A DNA stretch of 51,667 nucleotides from Patescibacteria group bacterium (GTDB lineage: Bacteria; Patescibacteriota; CPR2; UBA1875; JAMCYV01). A program made the translations under genes and the position numbers. Location: contig JAMCYV010000025.1 in the NCBI GenBank assembly GCA_023473595.1, forward strand, positions 1-51,667. The letters run 5' to 3'. Under the pieces are notes generated by a model. That model made no database searches. It was not told the DNA's origin and worked only from the letters and a program-made list of their open reading frames with translations. Every line of letters begins with the position of its first letter. Positions within the stretch are counted from its first letter, which is position 1. This document shows positions 27,646-36,132 of the stretch, in pieces.

Positions 27646-28176
27646 TTACTCTATGCAGCAGTCAATCGCCTTTTTTACCAGTTCTCCGAGTTTTCCTATA
27701 AAACCCTTCTTTTCAGTATCATGTTGGTTAAGAGCCTTTTCATCGATTTTCTTTATCCCTTTGGTATCGACTATTCCCATATTGATGCCCCAGAAGAGAG
27801 AGTAGAGGTCGTAAGCTTTCTCAAAAAGGTCGTTAGCTTCTTCTTTTTTGCCAAGACCCAGCTGCTTGGTTCCAACTTCCATAAGCCTCATGGAAGCAGC
27901 AAGTAGATGTTTTGAGATGCACCATTGTTCGCCCTCGGGATTTTTAACAATTTTTTTTAGAAGTTCTCCGCGCATGCTTCTAACTTCTTGAAGCAAATCG
28001 TAATATTCTGGCTTTCCAAGCTTTGCCCCGGTAAAGAAAAAGTGTTCCTCAATTGAGACTAGGTTCATAATAGCGATCGAAAGGTCTTGATCGGAAGAAA
28101 GGTCCATTTTCTCTCTTTTTTTCATGCTATCGACCTTTTTGATAAGAGCATTTATGTCATCAATTTTTTTATCCAT
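27646..28176 (-). CDS. Hypothetical soluble protein
   Basis: 176-aa ORF that overlaps the stop of the upstream membrane-protein gene by 8 nt. It ends in ...AIDCCIE. Confidence 0.55.
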   Translation of the reverse strand: MDKKIDDINALIKKVDSMKKREKMDLSSDQDLSIAIMNLVSIEEHFFFTGAKLGKPEYYDLLQEVRSMRGELLKKIVKNPEGEQWCISKHLLAASMRLMEVGTKQLGLGKKEEANDLFEKAYDLYSLFWGINMGIVDTKGIKKIDEKALNQHDTEKKGFIGKLGELVKKAIDCCIE

Positions 28177-28711
28177 GGGTGTGAATTTTAGTTAGATGAT
28201 AGAATATTATACTTAAAATAGCGAGAAAAGAAAGGGGCATTATTACTTTTTGAAAAGGGAAATAGGGTTTGTCGCCTCGAGCCTTTTTTATTTTTTCATA
28301 TAAGTATTCGCTTAGGTAAAAAACGATACTCCCCAAAACAATCCCTAAAACCAGTTTGTCGAGACCCCAGATTTTATCCAAGGGCTTGCCGATTATTTTC
28401 TTAAAATAAAGGGGCACTAAAACAAAGAGATAAAAAGCAACGGGGATTAGCGCTTTCTCACCCGGGAACTGATAATTTTTCTTCTTCATCCAATTCAAAG
28501 CCCACATTGCTCCGGAAGTTAAAAAGGCTCCAATCCAGATACCGGAGATGGTGTTATCAACGCCGTATCTCTGGGCGAAAAAAAGCCCGCTCCCGACTGC
28601 TAAAGTGCAGACTGGGCAAACGGCGAAAACTCTGTCAGGAGTCAGAAGATTTGCCAGAAAGGAGGTTAGAAGAAGAGGTATAGTTGAGTATTTAAAACTT
28701 GATTTCATCAT
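28169..28711 (-). CDS. Hypothetical polytopic membrane protein
   Basis: 180-aa ORF with a CPVC motif in the first helix. It is coupled to 27646..28176. Confidence 0.55.
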   Translation of the reverse strand: MMKSSFKYSTIPLLLTSFLANLLTPDRVFAVCPVCTLAVGSGLFFAQRYGVDNTISGIWIGAFLTSGAMWALNWMKKKNYQFPGEKALIPVAFYLFVLVPLYFKKIIGKPLDKIWGLDKLVLGIVLGSIVFYLSEYLYEKIKKARGDKPYFPFQKVIMPLSFLAILSIIFYHLTKIHTHG

Positions 28712-28787
28712 ATCTACGATATCTTATCTTAGCTTAGGTTGTCAATCGAACGTTTTTCCTTTATAATAGGAAATCTTAAGGAGGAGA

Positions 28788-29195
28788 ATGATTAAAGTTT
28801 TTACTGATGGCGGTTCTAGAAACAACCCTGGTCCGGCTGGCATAGGAATAGTTATTCAAGATTTGACGGGGACTGTTTTAGAGACCAAAAATGAGTATAT
28901 CGGAGAGAAGACTAATAATGAAGCTGAATATCTGGCCTTGATTCAGGGCTTAAAGTTGGCTTTAAAATACGGCAAAGAAGCTTTAGTTTTCTTAGACAGT
29001 GAGCTTGTTGTCAGGCAACTAAACGGCCAGTACAAGGTTAAAAATGCCGGTCTTAAGCCGCTTTTTGATGAAGTTCAGGTTTTAAAGATGGGTTTTACCA
29101 ACCTTTCTTTTAAGCATATTATAAGAGAAAAAAATAGATTAGCAGATAAGCTAGTGAATGAGGCTATCAATAGGGAGTTATCAAAAAATAATTAA
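28788..29195 (+). CDS. Ribonuclease H family protein
   Basis: TDGGSRNNPGPAGIG, NNEAEYLAL, DSELVVRQLNGQYKVKN. GGAGGAG lies upstream. Confidence 0.85.
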   Translation: MIKVFTDGGSRNNPGPAGIGIVIQDLTGTVLETKNEYIGEKTNNEAEYLALIQGLKLALKYGKEALVFLDSELVVRQLNGQYKVKNAGLKPLFDEVQVLKMGFTNLSFKHIIREKNRLADKLVNEAINRELSKNN

Positions 29196-29199
29196 TTGT

Positions 29200-30072
29200 A
29201 TGGGGGTAAAAAAAGCGGTTATTTTGGTAGGGGGATATGGCACAAGGTTTTTGCCGGCAACTAAAGCTCAGCCAAAAGAAATGCTGCCAATAGTTGACAA
29301 ACCGGTCGTTCAATACATTGTCGAAGAAATGGCTGCTTCAGGGATAAGAGAGATAATTTTTGTGACCAGCCAGACAAAAAGAGCAATCGAAGATCATTTT
29401 AATGCTAATCTCGAGTTGGAAAATAGACTGAAAAAAACAGGGAATTTAAAAGCTTTAAAGGAAATTCAGGAACTTTCCAAAAAGGTGAAATTTGTTTATA
29501 TAAAGGAGCCTGAGCCTTGCGGGAACGGTTATGCTCTTCTTTATGCAAGAAAATTTGTAGGCAATGAAGCCTTTGCCTTTTCTGATGGGGATAGCATTAT
29601 AGATTCAAAGATACCGGTCACAAAACAGCTCCTTGCAGTATTTAAAAAATACCGAAAGCCAATGGTTGCGGTAAATACCGTAGAGAAGAAAGAAGTTTCA
29701 AAATATGGGATCATAGATGGCCAAAAAATTGCGACTTGTTTATATAAGATAAAGGGGATAATTGAAAAGCCGGACCTTGGCAAAGCACCTTCAAATATAG
29801 CAATTCTTGGGATGAGATATATCCTGACTCCTGATATTTTTCCTGTCCTAGAGAAACAAAAGCCCGGCAAAGATGGAGAAATATGGCTTTCTGACGCTAT
29901 AAACCAGCTTGCGAAAAAGACAGAAATTTTAGCTTTCAAGTATAAAGGGAAATACCATGACTGTGGAAATAAACTAGGATATTTAAAAGCTGTCGTTGAG
30001 TACGGGCTCAAACATACAGATTTAAATAACGATTTTAGAAGATATCTTAAGAGTTTACGATTTAAGTTGTAA
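29200..30072 (+). CDS. galU: UTP--glucose-1-phosphate uridylyltransferase
   Basis: KAVILVGGYGTRFLPATKAQPKEMLPIVDKP. The start was set to ATG 29200 rather than the overlapping 29158. Confidence 0.88.
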   Translation: MGVKKAVILVGGYGTRFLPATKAQPKEMLPIVDKPVVQYIVEEMAASGIREIIFVTSQTKRAIEDHFNANLELENRLKKTGNLKALKEIQELSKKVKFVYIKEPEPCGNGYALLYARKFVGNEAFAFSDGDSIIDSKIPVTKQLLAVFKKYRKPMVAVNTVEKKEVSKYGIIDGQKIATCLYKIKGIIEKPDLGKAPSNIAILGMRYILTPDIFPVLEKQKPGKDGEIWLSDAINQLAKKTEILAFKYKGKYHDCGNKLGYLKAVVEYGLKHTDLNNDFRRYLKSLRFKL

Positions 30073-30176
30073 TTCTTGTTATATAATATTACTAAGGTCT
30101 AGCAAAAACATTTTGTTTGTTTTATTATTTATTTAACAAATAAATTATTTATTTAAATTAATAAAAAAGGATAAAT

Positions 30177-31250
30177 ATGGCAGCGACCAAGAGCATAAAA
30201 ATAGAAGACCTCTTGGAAGAAGTGGTCAAAAATAATTCTTCCGACCTCCATCTTACTGTCGGAGCGGCGCCAATGCTTCGTATTGACGGAGCCTTAAAGC
30301 CGGTTCCCGATATGTCGCCTTTAAATGCTGATGATGTTGAAGCTTTAACTTTTTCGGTTTTAGACGATGCCCAAAAAGATATCCTTTTAAAAGATAAAGA
30401 AGTCGACTTTTCATTTGCTTACGGCGATGTCTGCCGATTTCGTGCCAATGCCTACCATCAGAAAGGGAACACTGCTCTCGCTCTAAGAATGATTCCGGTT
30501 GAAATCCGAGATTTGGAAAAACTAGGCCTTCCAAAAGTTTGCGGCACCTTTACCGAGTTTCCCCGGGGCTTGGTTTTAGTCACCGGGCCTACTGGAAGCG
30601 GGAAATCAACGACTCTTGCAGCAATGATTGATAAGATCAATTCTGAAAGAAGTGACCACATTATTACCGTTGAAGATCCGATTGAGTATACCCATCAGCA
30701 TAAAAAATCGATTATTGAACAAAGAGAAGTCCATTATGATACCAGGTCCTTTGCGGCTGCCTTAAGAAGTATCCTTCGTGAAGACCCTGATGTTGTTTTA
30801 ATTGGGGAGATGCGAGATCTTGAGACCATCGCGGCGGCGATTACCATCGCTGAGACCGGCCACTTGGTCTTTGCTACTTTGCATACTAACAACGCTGCTC
30901 AAAGTATCGATCGTATCATCGACGTTTTCCCGCCTCATCAGCAGCAGCAGATCAAAGTCCAGCTTTCAAACACCCTTCAAGGAATTGTCTCCCAAAGGCT
31001 TATCCCGGCTTTGGGCGGAGGGAGAGTAGTTGGTGCAGAGATTATGGTGGCGACTCCGGCAGTCCGAAATATTATTCGTGAAGGAAAGACTCATCAGCTT
31101 GATGCTATCATTCAGACTGGGGCGGAACATGGAATGCAATCTATGGATAGGACCCTTGCCGGCCTTGTCAAATCCGGGAGAATTACTGCCGAAGAAGCCA
31201 AGGGCTATGCTATTGATATTCAAGAGCTCGAGAGGCTTATTAGAGGATAA
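30177..31250 (+). CDS. pilT: Type IV pilus twitching-motility (retraction) ATPase PilT
   Basis: 357-aa ORF with GPTGSGKSTT, VEDPIEY, REDPDVVLIGEMRDLET and AETGHLVFATLHTN. Confidence 0.9.
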   Translation: MAATKSIKIEDLLEEVVKNNSSDLHLTVGAAPMLRIDGALKPVPDMSPLNADDVEALTFSVLDDAQKDILLKDKEVDFSFAYGDVCRFRANAYHQKGNTALALRMIPVEIRDLEKLGLPKVCGTFTEFPRGLVLVTGPTGSGKSTTLAAMIDKINSERSDHIITVEDPIEYTHQHKKSIIEQREVHYDTRSFAAALRSILREDPDVVLIGEMRDLETIAAAITIAETGHLVFATLHTNNAAQSIDRIIDVFPPHQQQQIKVQLSNTLQGIVSQRLIPALGGGRVVGAEIMVATPAVRNIIREGKTHQLDAIIQTGAEHGMQSMDRTLAGLVKSGRITAEEAKGYAIDIQELERLIRG

Positions 31251-31294
31251 ATTCTAGTTAGTTATTAGAATTTAGAAATTAGAATTTAATAAAA
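31251..31294. repeat. TTAGAA/ATTAGA low-complexity word tract
   Basis: attctagttagttattagaatttagaaattagaatttaat. Confidence 0.6.
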
Positions 31295-32497
31295 ATGCTT
31301 GATTATACTTACACTGCAAAAAACCACGAAGGCGATATAGTAAAAGGAGATGTCGAAGCCGAAAATGATTTGGCGGCGGCAAGGCTTCTGACTGCTAAAA
31401 ACTTAACTCCGATTGATATCTTGCCGAAAAAGGCTAAAAAAAGCTTTGATTTTCTAAATCGAGTTACGACGAAAGACAAAGCTCTTTTTGCAAGGCAACT
31501 AGCGACAATGATTAATGCCGGTCTTCCGATTTCCCAGGCTCTTACAACTTTAAGCGAACAGACCGCAAACCAAAAATTAAAGGGCATTATTGAGACAGTT
31601 GGCCGTGACATTGAAGGCGGGGCGACCCTCTCAGCTTCCTTCTCCCAATTTCCCAAAGTCTTTAAAGAAACCGAGCTTAGTCTTATAGCTTCAGGAGAGG
31701 CTTCGGGAAGCTTAGATAAAGTACTCTTGAAATTAGCTGGTCAGATCGAAAAAGATTATAGCATTAATAAGAGAATTAGAAGTGCCTTCACCTATCCGGC
31801 TTTTATCGTCGTTGTTATTGCGGGGGTTCTTGTTATTATGACTATTTATGTAATGCCGAAAATGGAGGAGTTATATGCCGATTTCAAGTCCCAGCTTCCT
31901 TTTCTTACAAGAATAGTCTTGGGGTTTAGTCATATCATCTCAAGGTACGGCATATTAGTGCTGCTAGCTCTGATAGGCTTTGCAAGCATTTTAAGGATAT
32001 ATATTAGGAAGCCTCAAGGAAGGAAAATGTGGGATACCTTGAAATTAAGGACGCCTATTTTCGGCAATTTTTTCCAAAAGGTTTATATTACAAGATTTGC
32101 CAGCACTCTTTCGAGTCTTGTAAGCTCCGGAGTCCCTCTCTTGGACAGCTTGAGGATTGTTTCGGATGCGATTGGCAATGTTGTTATAGCGAACGTCATT
32201 AAAGACGCCGCCGAAAAGGTCAAAGGAGGTATTCCGCTTTCTACTCCCATTAAAGAGAGCGGCGAATTTCCTTTATTAGTTAGCCAGATGATAAGCGTTG
32301 GAGAAAAAACAGGTGAATTGGACGGAATGCTCGAAAACCTAGCGAATTTTTATTCTGAAGAAGTAGACAATATGGTTAGAAATTTTTCAGCTCTTCTGGA
32401 ACCGGTCATTATTGTCATAATGGGTATCGTTATCGGCATTCTTTTAGTAGCTATTATGATGCCTATTTATGGCTTATCGACAGTTTTGTTTAAATAA
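31295..32497 (+). CDS. pilC: Type II secretion system F family / type IV pilus platform protein PilC
   Basis: Two T2SSF repeats (ARQLATMINAGLP and RFASTLSSLVSSGVPLL) and three TM helices. Confidence 0.9.
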   Translation: MLDYTYTAKNHEGDIVKGDVEAENDLAAARLLTAKNLTPIDILPKKAKKSFDFLNRVTTKDKALFARQLATMINAGLPISQALTTLSEQTANQKLKGIIETVGRDIEGGATLSASFSQFPKVFKETELSLIASGEASGSLDKVLLKLAGQIEKDYSINKRIRSAFTYPAFIVVVIAGVLVIMTIYVMPKMEELYADFKSQLPFLTRIVLGFSHIISRYGILVLLALIGFASILRIYIRKPQGRKMWDTLKLRTPIFGNFFQKVYITRFASTLSSLVSSGVPLLDSLRIVSDAIGNVVIANVIKDAAEKVKGGIPLSTPIKESGEFPLLVSQMISVGEKTGELDGMLENLANFYSEEVDNMVRNFSALLEPVIIVIMGIVIGILLVAIMMPIYGLSTVLFK

Positions 32498-32503
32498 ACG
32501 CTA

Positions 32504-32532
32504 TTGACAAGTATTAGCATACTTCTTAAACT
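32504..32532 (+). promoter_or_regulatory. Candidate sigma70-type promoter for the pilin gene (TTGACA-17 nt-TAAACT)
   Basis: ttgaca at 32504-32509 and taaact at 32527-32532, about 50 nt upstream of ATG 32581. Confidence 0.4.
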
Positions 32533-32580
32533 TAAAGTAAGAGAATTATTAAAAGGATTTATTCCTATGGAGAGAAACAA

Positions 32581-33027
32581 ATGAAAAAGTTATCTAAGAA
32601 AGGGCTTGACTTGAGTAAATCGAAAGGTTTCACCCTCATCGAACTTATGGTAGTAATGGCAATTATCGCTGTTCTTGCTGTTCTTATTATCGGAGCTATT
32701 CAAGCTGCCAGAAGAACCCAGACAGAGACAGCCAACAGGTCAAATGCCAAGACTTTGCAAACCGGTCTTGAGGCTTTTTATGCTAGAAACAAGGCATATT
32801 GTCTTGCTACTGCTAATAATACTTGTACTACGGGAACTTTCTCAACAAAAGCGGCTCAATTATTCAGTGATGGGTTCTTAAGTTCAACCGCTTTATCCAG
32901 TTCTTCATCTGCAGGCGGCGGTGGCGACGTTACCGCTTTACCTGCTCCGCCTGCTACTCCAACATACACTTTAACTATCGATGATTATAAAGGTGATGCT
33001 ACTTCTGAAACGATTATTGTTCCTTAA
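32581..33027 (+). CDS. Type IV (major) pilin with prepilin N-terminal cleavage/methylation domain
   Basis: KSKG|FTLIELMVVMAIIAVLAVL. It has its own promoter candidate and a strong terminator. Confidence 0.85.
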   Translation: MKKLSKKGLDLSKSKGFTLIELMVVMAIIAVLAVLIIGAIQAARRTQTETANRSNAKTLQTGLEAFYARNKAYCLATANNTCTTGTFSTKAAQLFSDGFLSSTALSSSSSAGGGGDVTALPAPPATPTYTLTIDDYKGDATSETIIVP

Positions 33028-33039
33028 ATTCAGTCTTTA

Positions 33040-33066
33040 AAAGCCGCCCTAAGGGCGGCTTTTTTG
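33040..33066 (+). terminator. Rho-independent terminator after the pilin gene
   Basis: aaaagccgccc-taa-gggcggctttttt. Confidence 0.8.
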
Positions 33067-33080
33067 TTATAATAATTTAT

Positions 33081-33980
33081 ATGCTGGAACAAATTTTACT
33101 TTTTCTTCTTTTTATCTTTGGTCTTATTGTCGGCAGTTTTTTGAATGTTGTTATTTATTGGCTAGAAAGCAAAGAGAATAGTTTAACTAGACTGGTCATT
33201 CTGGGGACCAACGGGACGCCAGAATCAAAAAAAACAGGTAAAGATTCTGGTCAAGCCAGAATGACGCGAGAGAACTTAGGTGGCCGATCTTTCTGTCCTC
33301 ATTGCCAGCATCAACTTAATTTCTTCGATTTAATTCCGGTAGCAAGCTGGTTTTTTTTAAAAGGGAAGTGCAGATATTGTCGAAAAAAAATTTCTTATCA
33401 GTATCCATTAGTTGAAATTGCTACAGGATTCATTTTTTTGTTAACTTTTACTTACAAAAATTCTATCTTTAATCAACCTAGCTACTTGCTACTTGCTACT
33501 GTGCTACTGCTAATTGTTAACTGTTTACTGCTTACTATCTTCGTTTTCGACCTTAAGCACCAAATAATCCCTGACTCAATCATCTATCCTGCGATTATTC
33601 TCGCTGTTTTTTATCTAATATTCTTAAACGCTAATCCTTTTTCTTTAGGGCCAGTTCTTTTTTCATTAGGCTCTGCTTTTCTTGCTGGCGGTTTTTTCTA
33701 TGCAATTGCTGCTATTTCAGATGGCAAATGGATGGGTGGGGGAGATATAAAACTTGCCTTTCTTTTGGGGCTTCTTCTCGGCTGGCCGAATATTTTGGTA
33801 GGTCTTTTTCTAGGCTTTTTCTCCGGAGCAATCGTAGGTCTTTTACTTATTGCTTTAAAAAAGGAGAAGTTAAATAGTGCTATCCCTTTTGGTCCGTTTC
33901 TTATAGTCTCGGCCTGGGCTACTTTATTTCTAGGGGAAAAGATAATACAATGGTACTTAAGGATTATGGGGTTTAATTGA
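33081..33980 (+). CDS. pilD: Prepilin peptidase (A24 family) PilD carrying an in-frame repeat-derived insertion
   Basis: GSFLNVVIY, CPHC...CRYC, DLKHQIIPD, GGGDIKL. Confidence 0.88.
   Translation: MLEQILLFLLFIFGLIVGSFLNVVIYWLESKENSLTRLVILGTNGTPESKKTGKDSGQARMTRENLGGRSFCPHCQHQLNFFDLIPVASWFFLKGKCRYCRKKISYQYPLVEIATGFIFLLTFTYKNSIFNQPSYLLLATVLLLIVNCLLLTIFVFDLKHQIIPDSIIYPAIILAVFYLIFLNANPFSLGPVLFSLGSAFLAGGFFYAIAAISDGKWMGGGDIKLAFLLGLLLGWPNILVGLFLGFFSGAIVGLLLIALKKEKLNSAIPFGPFLIVSAWATLFLGEKIIQWYLRIMGFN
33195..33265. repeat. Palindromic GTCATTCTGG...CCAGAATGAC element inside the pilD ORF
   Basis: gtcattctgg(33195-33204)...ccagaatc...gattctggtcaagccagaatgac(33243-33265). The last 23 nt are identical to 21415-21437. 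Confidence 0.8.
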
Positions 33981-34024
33981 TCTAATTACTTCTAATTATT
34001 CTAATTAATCCTAATCAAATCCTA
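33981..34024. repeat. CTAATTA word tract (left flank of the four-helix-bundle gene)
   Basis: tctaattacttctaattattctaattaatcctaatcaaatccta. Confidence 0.65.
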
Positions 34025-34402
34025 ATGACTGCCAAACCCAAAAATAAAACCAAATACGACTTGGAAGAGAGGACTGCAAAGTTTGGCGAAGCTATTATCT
34101 TACTCGCTAAGAAGATAATTCAAAATCCAATAACATTACCGTTGGTTTCTCAGCTAGTAAGAGCGGCAACAAGCATTGGGGCTAATTATGCAGAGGCAGA
34201 TGACGCGGAATCCGGTAAGGATTTCAAACATAAAATAGGGATATGTAAGAAAGAGTCAAGAGAAGTCAAACATTGGTTAAGAATGATTGCCGCTGCTTGT
34301 CCAGAACTAAAAGATGAGTCCAGAGCTTTATGGAACGAAGCCAAAGAGTTAAATCTAATCTTCAATTCAATTATAATAAAAATTAAGAGTAAAAAAGATT
34401 GA
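34025..34402 (+). CDS. Four-helix-bundle protein (23S rRNA intervening-sequence protein family)
   Basis: LVSQLVRAATSIGANYAEADDAESGKDFKHKIGICKKESREVKHWLRMI. Confidence 0.85.
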   Translation: MTAKPKNKTKYDLEERTAKFGEAIILLAKKIIQNPITLPLVSQLVRAATSIGANYAEADDAESGKDFKHKIGICKKESREVKHWLRMIAAACPELKDESRALWNEAKELNLIFNSIIIKIKSKKD

Positions 34403-34469
34403 TTGTTAAAGCATTTATTAATTAGAACTTAGTTAGAATAATTAGGTTAATTAGAAATTAGAGTAATTT
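34403..34469. repeat. TAATTAG word tract (right flank; partly the reverse complement of the left flank)
   Basis: The reverse complement of 34421-34445 is ctaattattctaactaagttctaat. Compare 33992-34015, ctaattattctaattaatcctaat. Confidence 0.6.
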
Positions 34470-35162
34470 ATGAGAGATCAAGGATATAAAGAAAATCACT
34501 ATTCCAAATTTAATATTCTCAACTCAAAATTCTTAAACAATACTGGGTTTACTGTCGTTGAGATGCTGGTTGTTATGACGATCATTGCTATGCTCTTTAC
34601 GCTTAGCGTTGTCTCAATGATCCTGGCTGAAAGGCAGACAAAAGTCAAAAGCACAGCCAAAGCTTTGCAATCAGCAATAAGGGAAATGGCAAATAAAGCA
34701 ATTACCGTTACCCCTGATCTTAGAAATAATACGACGCCAACAAAAGCTTGGGTTATTAAAGTACCCGGAGGGACCGGAACTAATACTTACTACCAGGAAA
34801 GTTTTACCCAAAACGATATTAGCACTTTAATCGAACCCAATTCTTCCCCAACAGATCCTAAGCCGTTAAGAACAGAGAGCAATGTTATTATTCAATCCTT
34901 AGCTCCGACAGTAGCTTCGAGTAACAGCCTTTATCTTGTTTTTGGAACGCCCTTTGCCAAGTTTCGAGCGGTAAATGGTAGCAGCATTTCAGCTTGGTCT
35001 ACTGATTTAACCACTAAGGAAGCCTATCCTGCCGACACAATTTCTATAACTAGTCTGTCGCCTAATAACAAGATAATTTTAAGAGTGAGCGAAGCAAGCA
35101 ACCCGAATAATTATATGGATGTCGAAGTCAATGTCCTTTCTGGAGAAGCTTCGGTTAAATAA
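34470..35162 (+). CDS. Prepilin-type N-terminal domain protein (minor pilin/pseudopilin)
   Basis: NNTG|FTVVEMLVVMTIIAMLF. Confidence 0.75.
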   Translation: MRDQGYKENHYSKFNILNSKFLNNTGFTVVEMLVVMTIIAMLFTLSVVSMILAERQTKVKSTAKALQSAIREMANKAITVTPDLRNNTTPTKAWVIKVPGGTGTNTYYQESFTQNDISTLIEPNSSPTDPKPLRTESNVIIQSLAPTVASSNSLYLVFGTPFAKFRAVNGSSISAWSTDLTTKEAYPADTISITSLSPNNKIILRVSEASNPNNYMDVEVNVLSGEASVK

Positions 35163-35163
35163 A

Positions 35164-35565
35164 ATGAATAAAAAGAAAATTATAAATAATAAAGGTCAAA
35201 GCTTGGTAGAAGTAGTGGTTGCTTTGACTATTCTAGCGATAGTCTTTATCGGGATCGTGACCTTAGCGGCAAATACTATTAAGCTTATGCTATCAAGCCG
35301 CCAGAAGATGCAGGCTGTCGCTATCGCCCAACAACAGTTAGAATTAGAGAAAAGTAATACCGGTAACAGCTGTACTGCTAGAACAGTTCCCTCTAACCCG
35401 GTAATTCCTTCTCAAACAATTGACGGTACCGCTTATACTATTACGAAGTCATTAGCATCAAGTGCAAATTATCCTAATGCCGTTTTAGTAACGATTACCG
35501 TTAGTTGGCCAGTCCAAAGTCAAACAATGTCACTGACAGTAAGAGAATTAGTAAATACCTTATGA
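35164..35565 (+). CDS. Prepilin-type minor pilin
   Basis: NNKG|QSLVEVVVALTILAIVF. The ATG lies 1 nt after the previous stop. Confidence 0.7.
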   Translation: MNKKKIINNKGQSLVEVVVALTILAIVFIGIVTLAANTIKLMLSSRQKMQAVAIAQQQLELEKSNTGNSCTARTVPSNPVIPSQTIDGTAYTITKSLASSANYPNAVLVTITVSWPVQSQTMSLTVRELVNTL

Positions 35566-36122
35566 GAAAAATTAGAAATAAAAAAGGAATGACTATTATC
35601 GAACTAGTTGTCGCTATGACAATCTTTCTAGTGGTTGTAACTTTGGCTGTCGGTGGGTTTGTCTCTCTTCTAAATCTTCAGACTCAATCGGAGACAATGA
35701 CGGGCGTCCAGCAAAATGCCAGGATTGCGATCGAACAAATTACCAGGCAAGCAAGAGAAGCTTTAAAAGTAACGATTGGTCAAAATAATATTACTGTTAA
35801 CGGGACTACTTTTACTTGCACCGCAACCTATAACTGTTTCAGTCTGACAATTCAGGAGTCGCTTACTCTAAGAACCTTTACTTTTTATGTCGATCCTGCC
35901 GATAGCAAGTTAAAAGTGAATGATTCTAGCGTTGGATATCCCTTGACTATAACAAGTGAGGATGTTAGAGTTACACAGCTAAATTTTACTCAGCCTCCGG
36001 TTAATAAAATCCCGCCTATTGTAGACATATCTTTGGGCCTTGCCCCGAGGGTATCAACTTCAGCTTTTACTCAAGATCAGACCACCATAAATACCACAGT
36101 AATTATGACAGGAATCAAATAA
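35562..36122 (+). CDS. Prepilin-type minor pilin
   Basis: NKKG|MTIIELVVAMTIFLVV. ATGA overlap with the previous stop. Confidence 0.7.
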   Translation: MRKIRNKKGMTIIELVVAMTIFLVVVTLAVGGFVSLLNLQTQSETMTGVQQNARIAIEQITRQAREALKVTIGQNNITVNGTTFTCTATYNCFSLTIQESLTLRTFTFYVDPADSKLKVNDSSVGYPLTITSEDVRVTQLNFTQPPVNKIPPIVDISLGLAPRVSTSAFTQDQTTINTTVIMTGIK

Positions 36123-36132
36123 AATAAAAAAA

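Noticed and set aside
29541-31656. Shadow ORFs: antisense 29541..30011, 30253..30534, 30458..30661, 30966..31223 and 31309..31656, plus alternate-frame plus-strand 30802..31029 and 31030..31257.
   Set aside because: They overlap galU, pilT and pilC, all of which have unambiguous family motifs. These are shadow ORFs.
33481-33540. A run of gctacttgctacttgctactg... words inside pilD, considered as another inserted repeat.
   Set aside because: It encodes a hydrophobic helix (LLLATVLLLIVNCLLLTIFVF) exactly where PilD needs the TM segment preceding the catalytic Asp. It is most simply ordinary coding sequence with biased codons.
33978-33980. Possible alternative genetic code (UGA recoded), as in some candidate phyla.
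   Set aside because: TGA ends well-delimited genes at the expected protein length, for example pilD at 33978-33980, uppP at 39057-39059 and the minor pilin at 35563-35565. The standard code fits.
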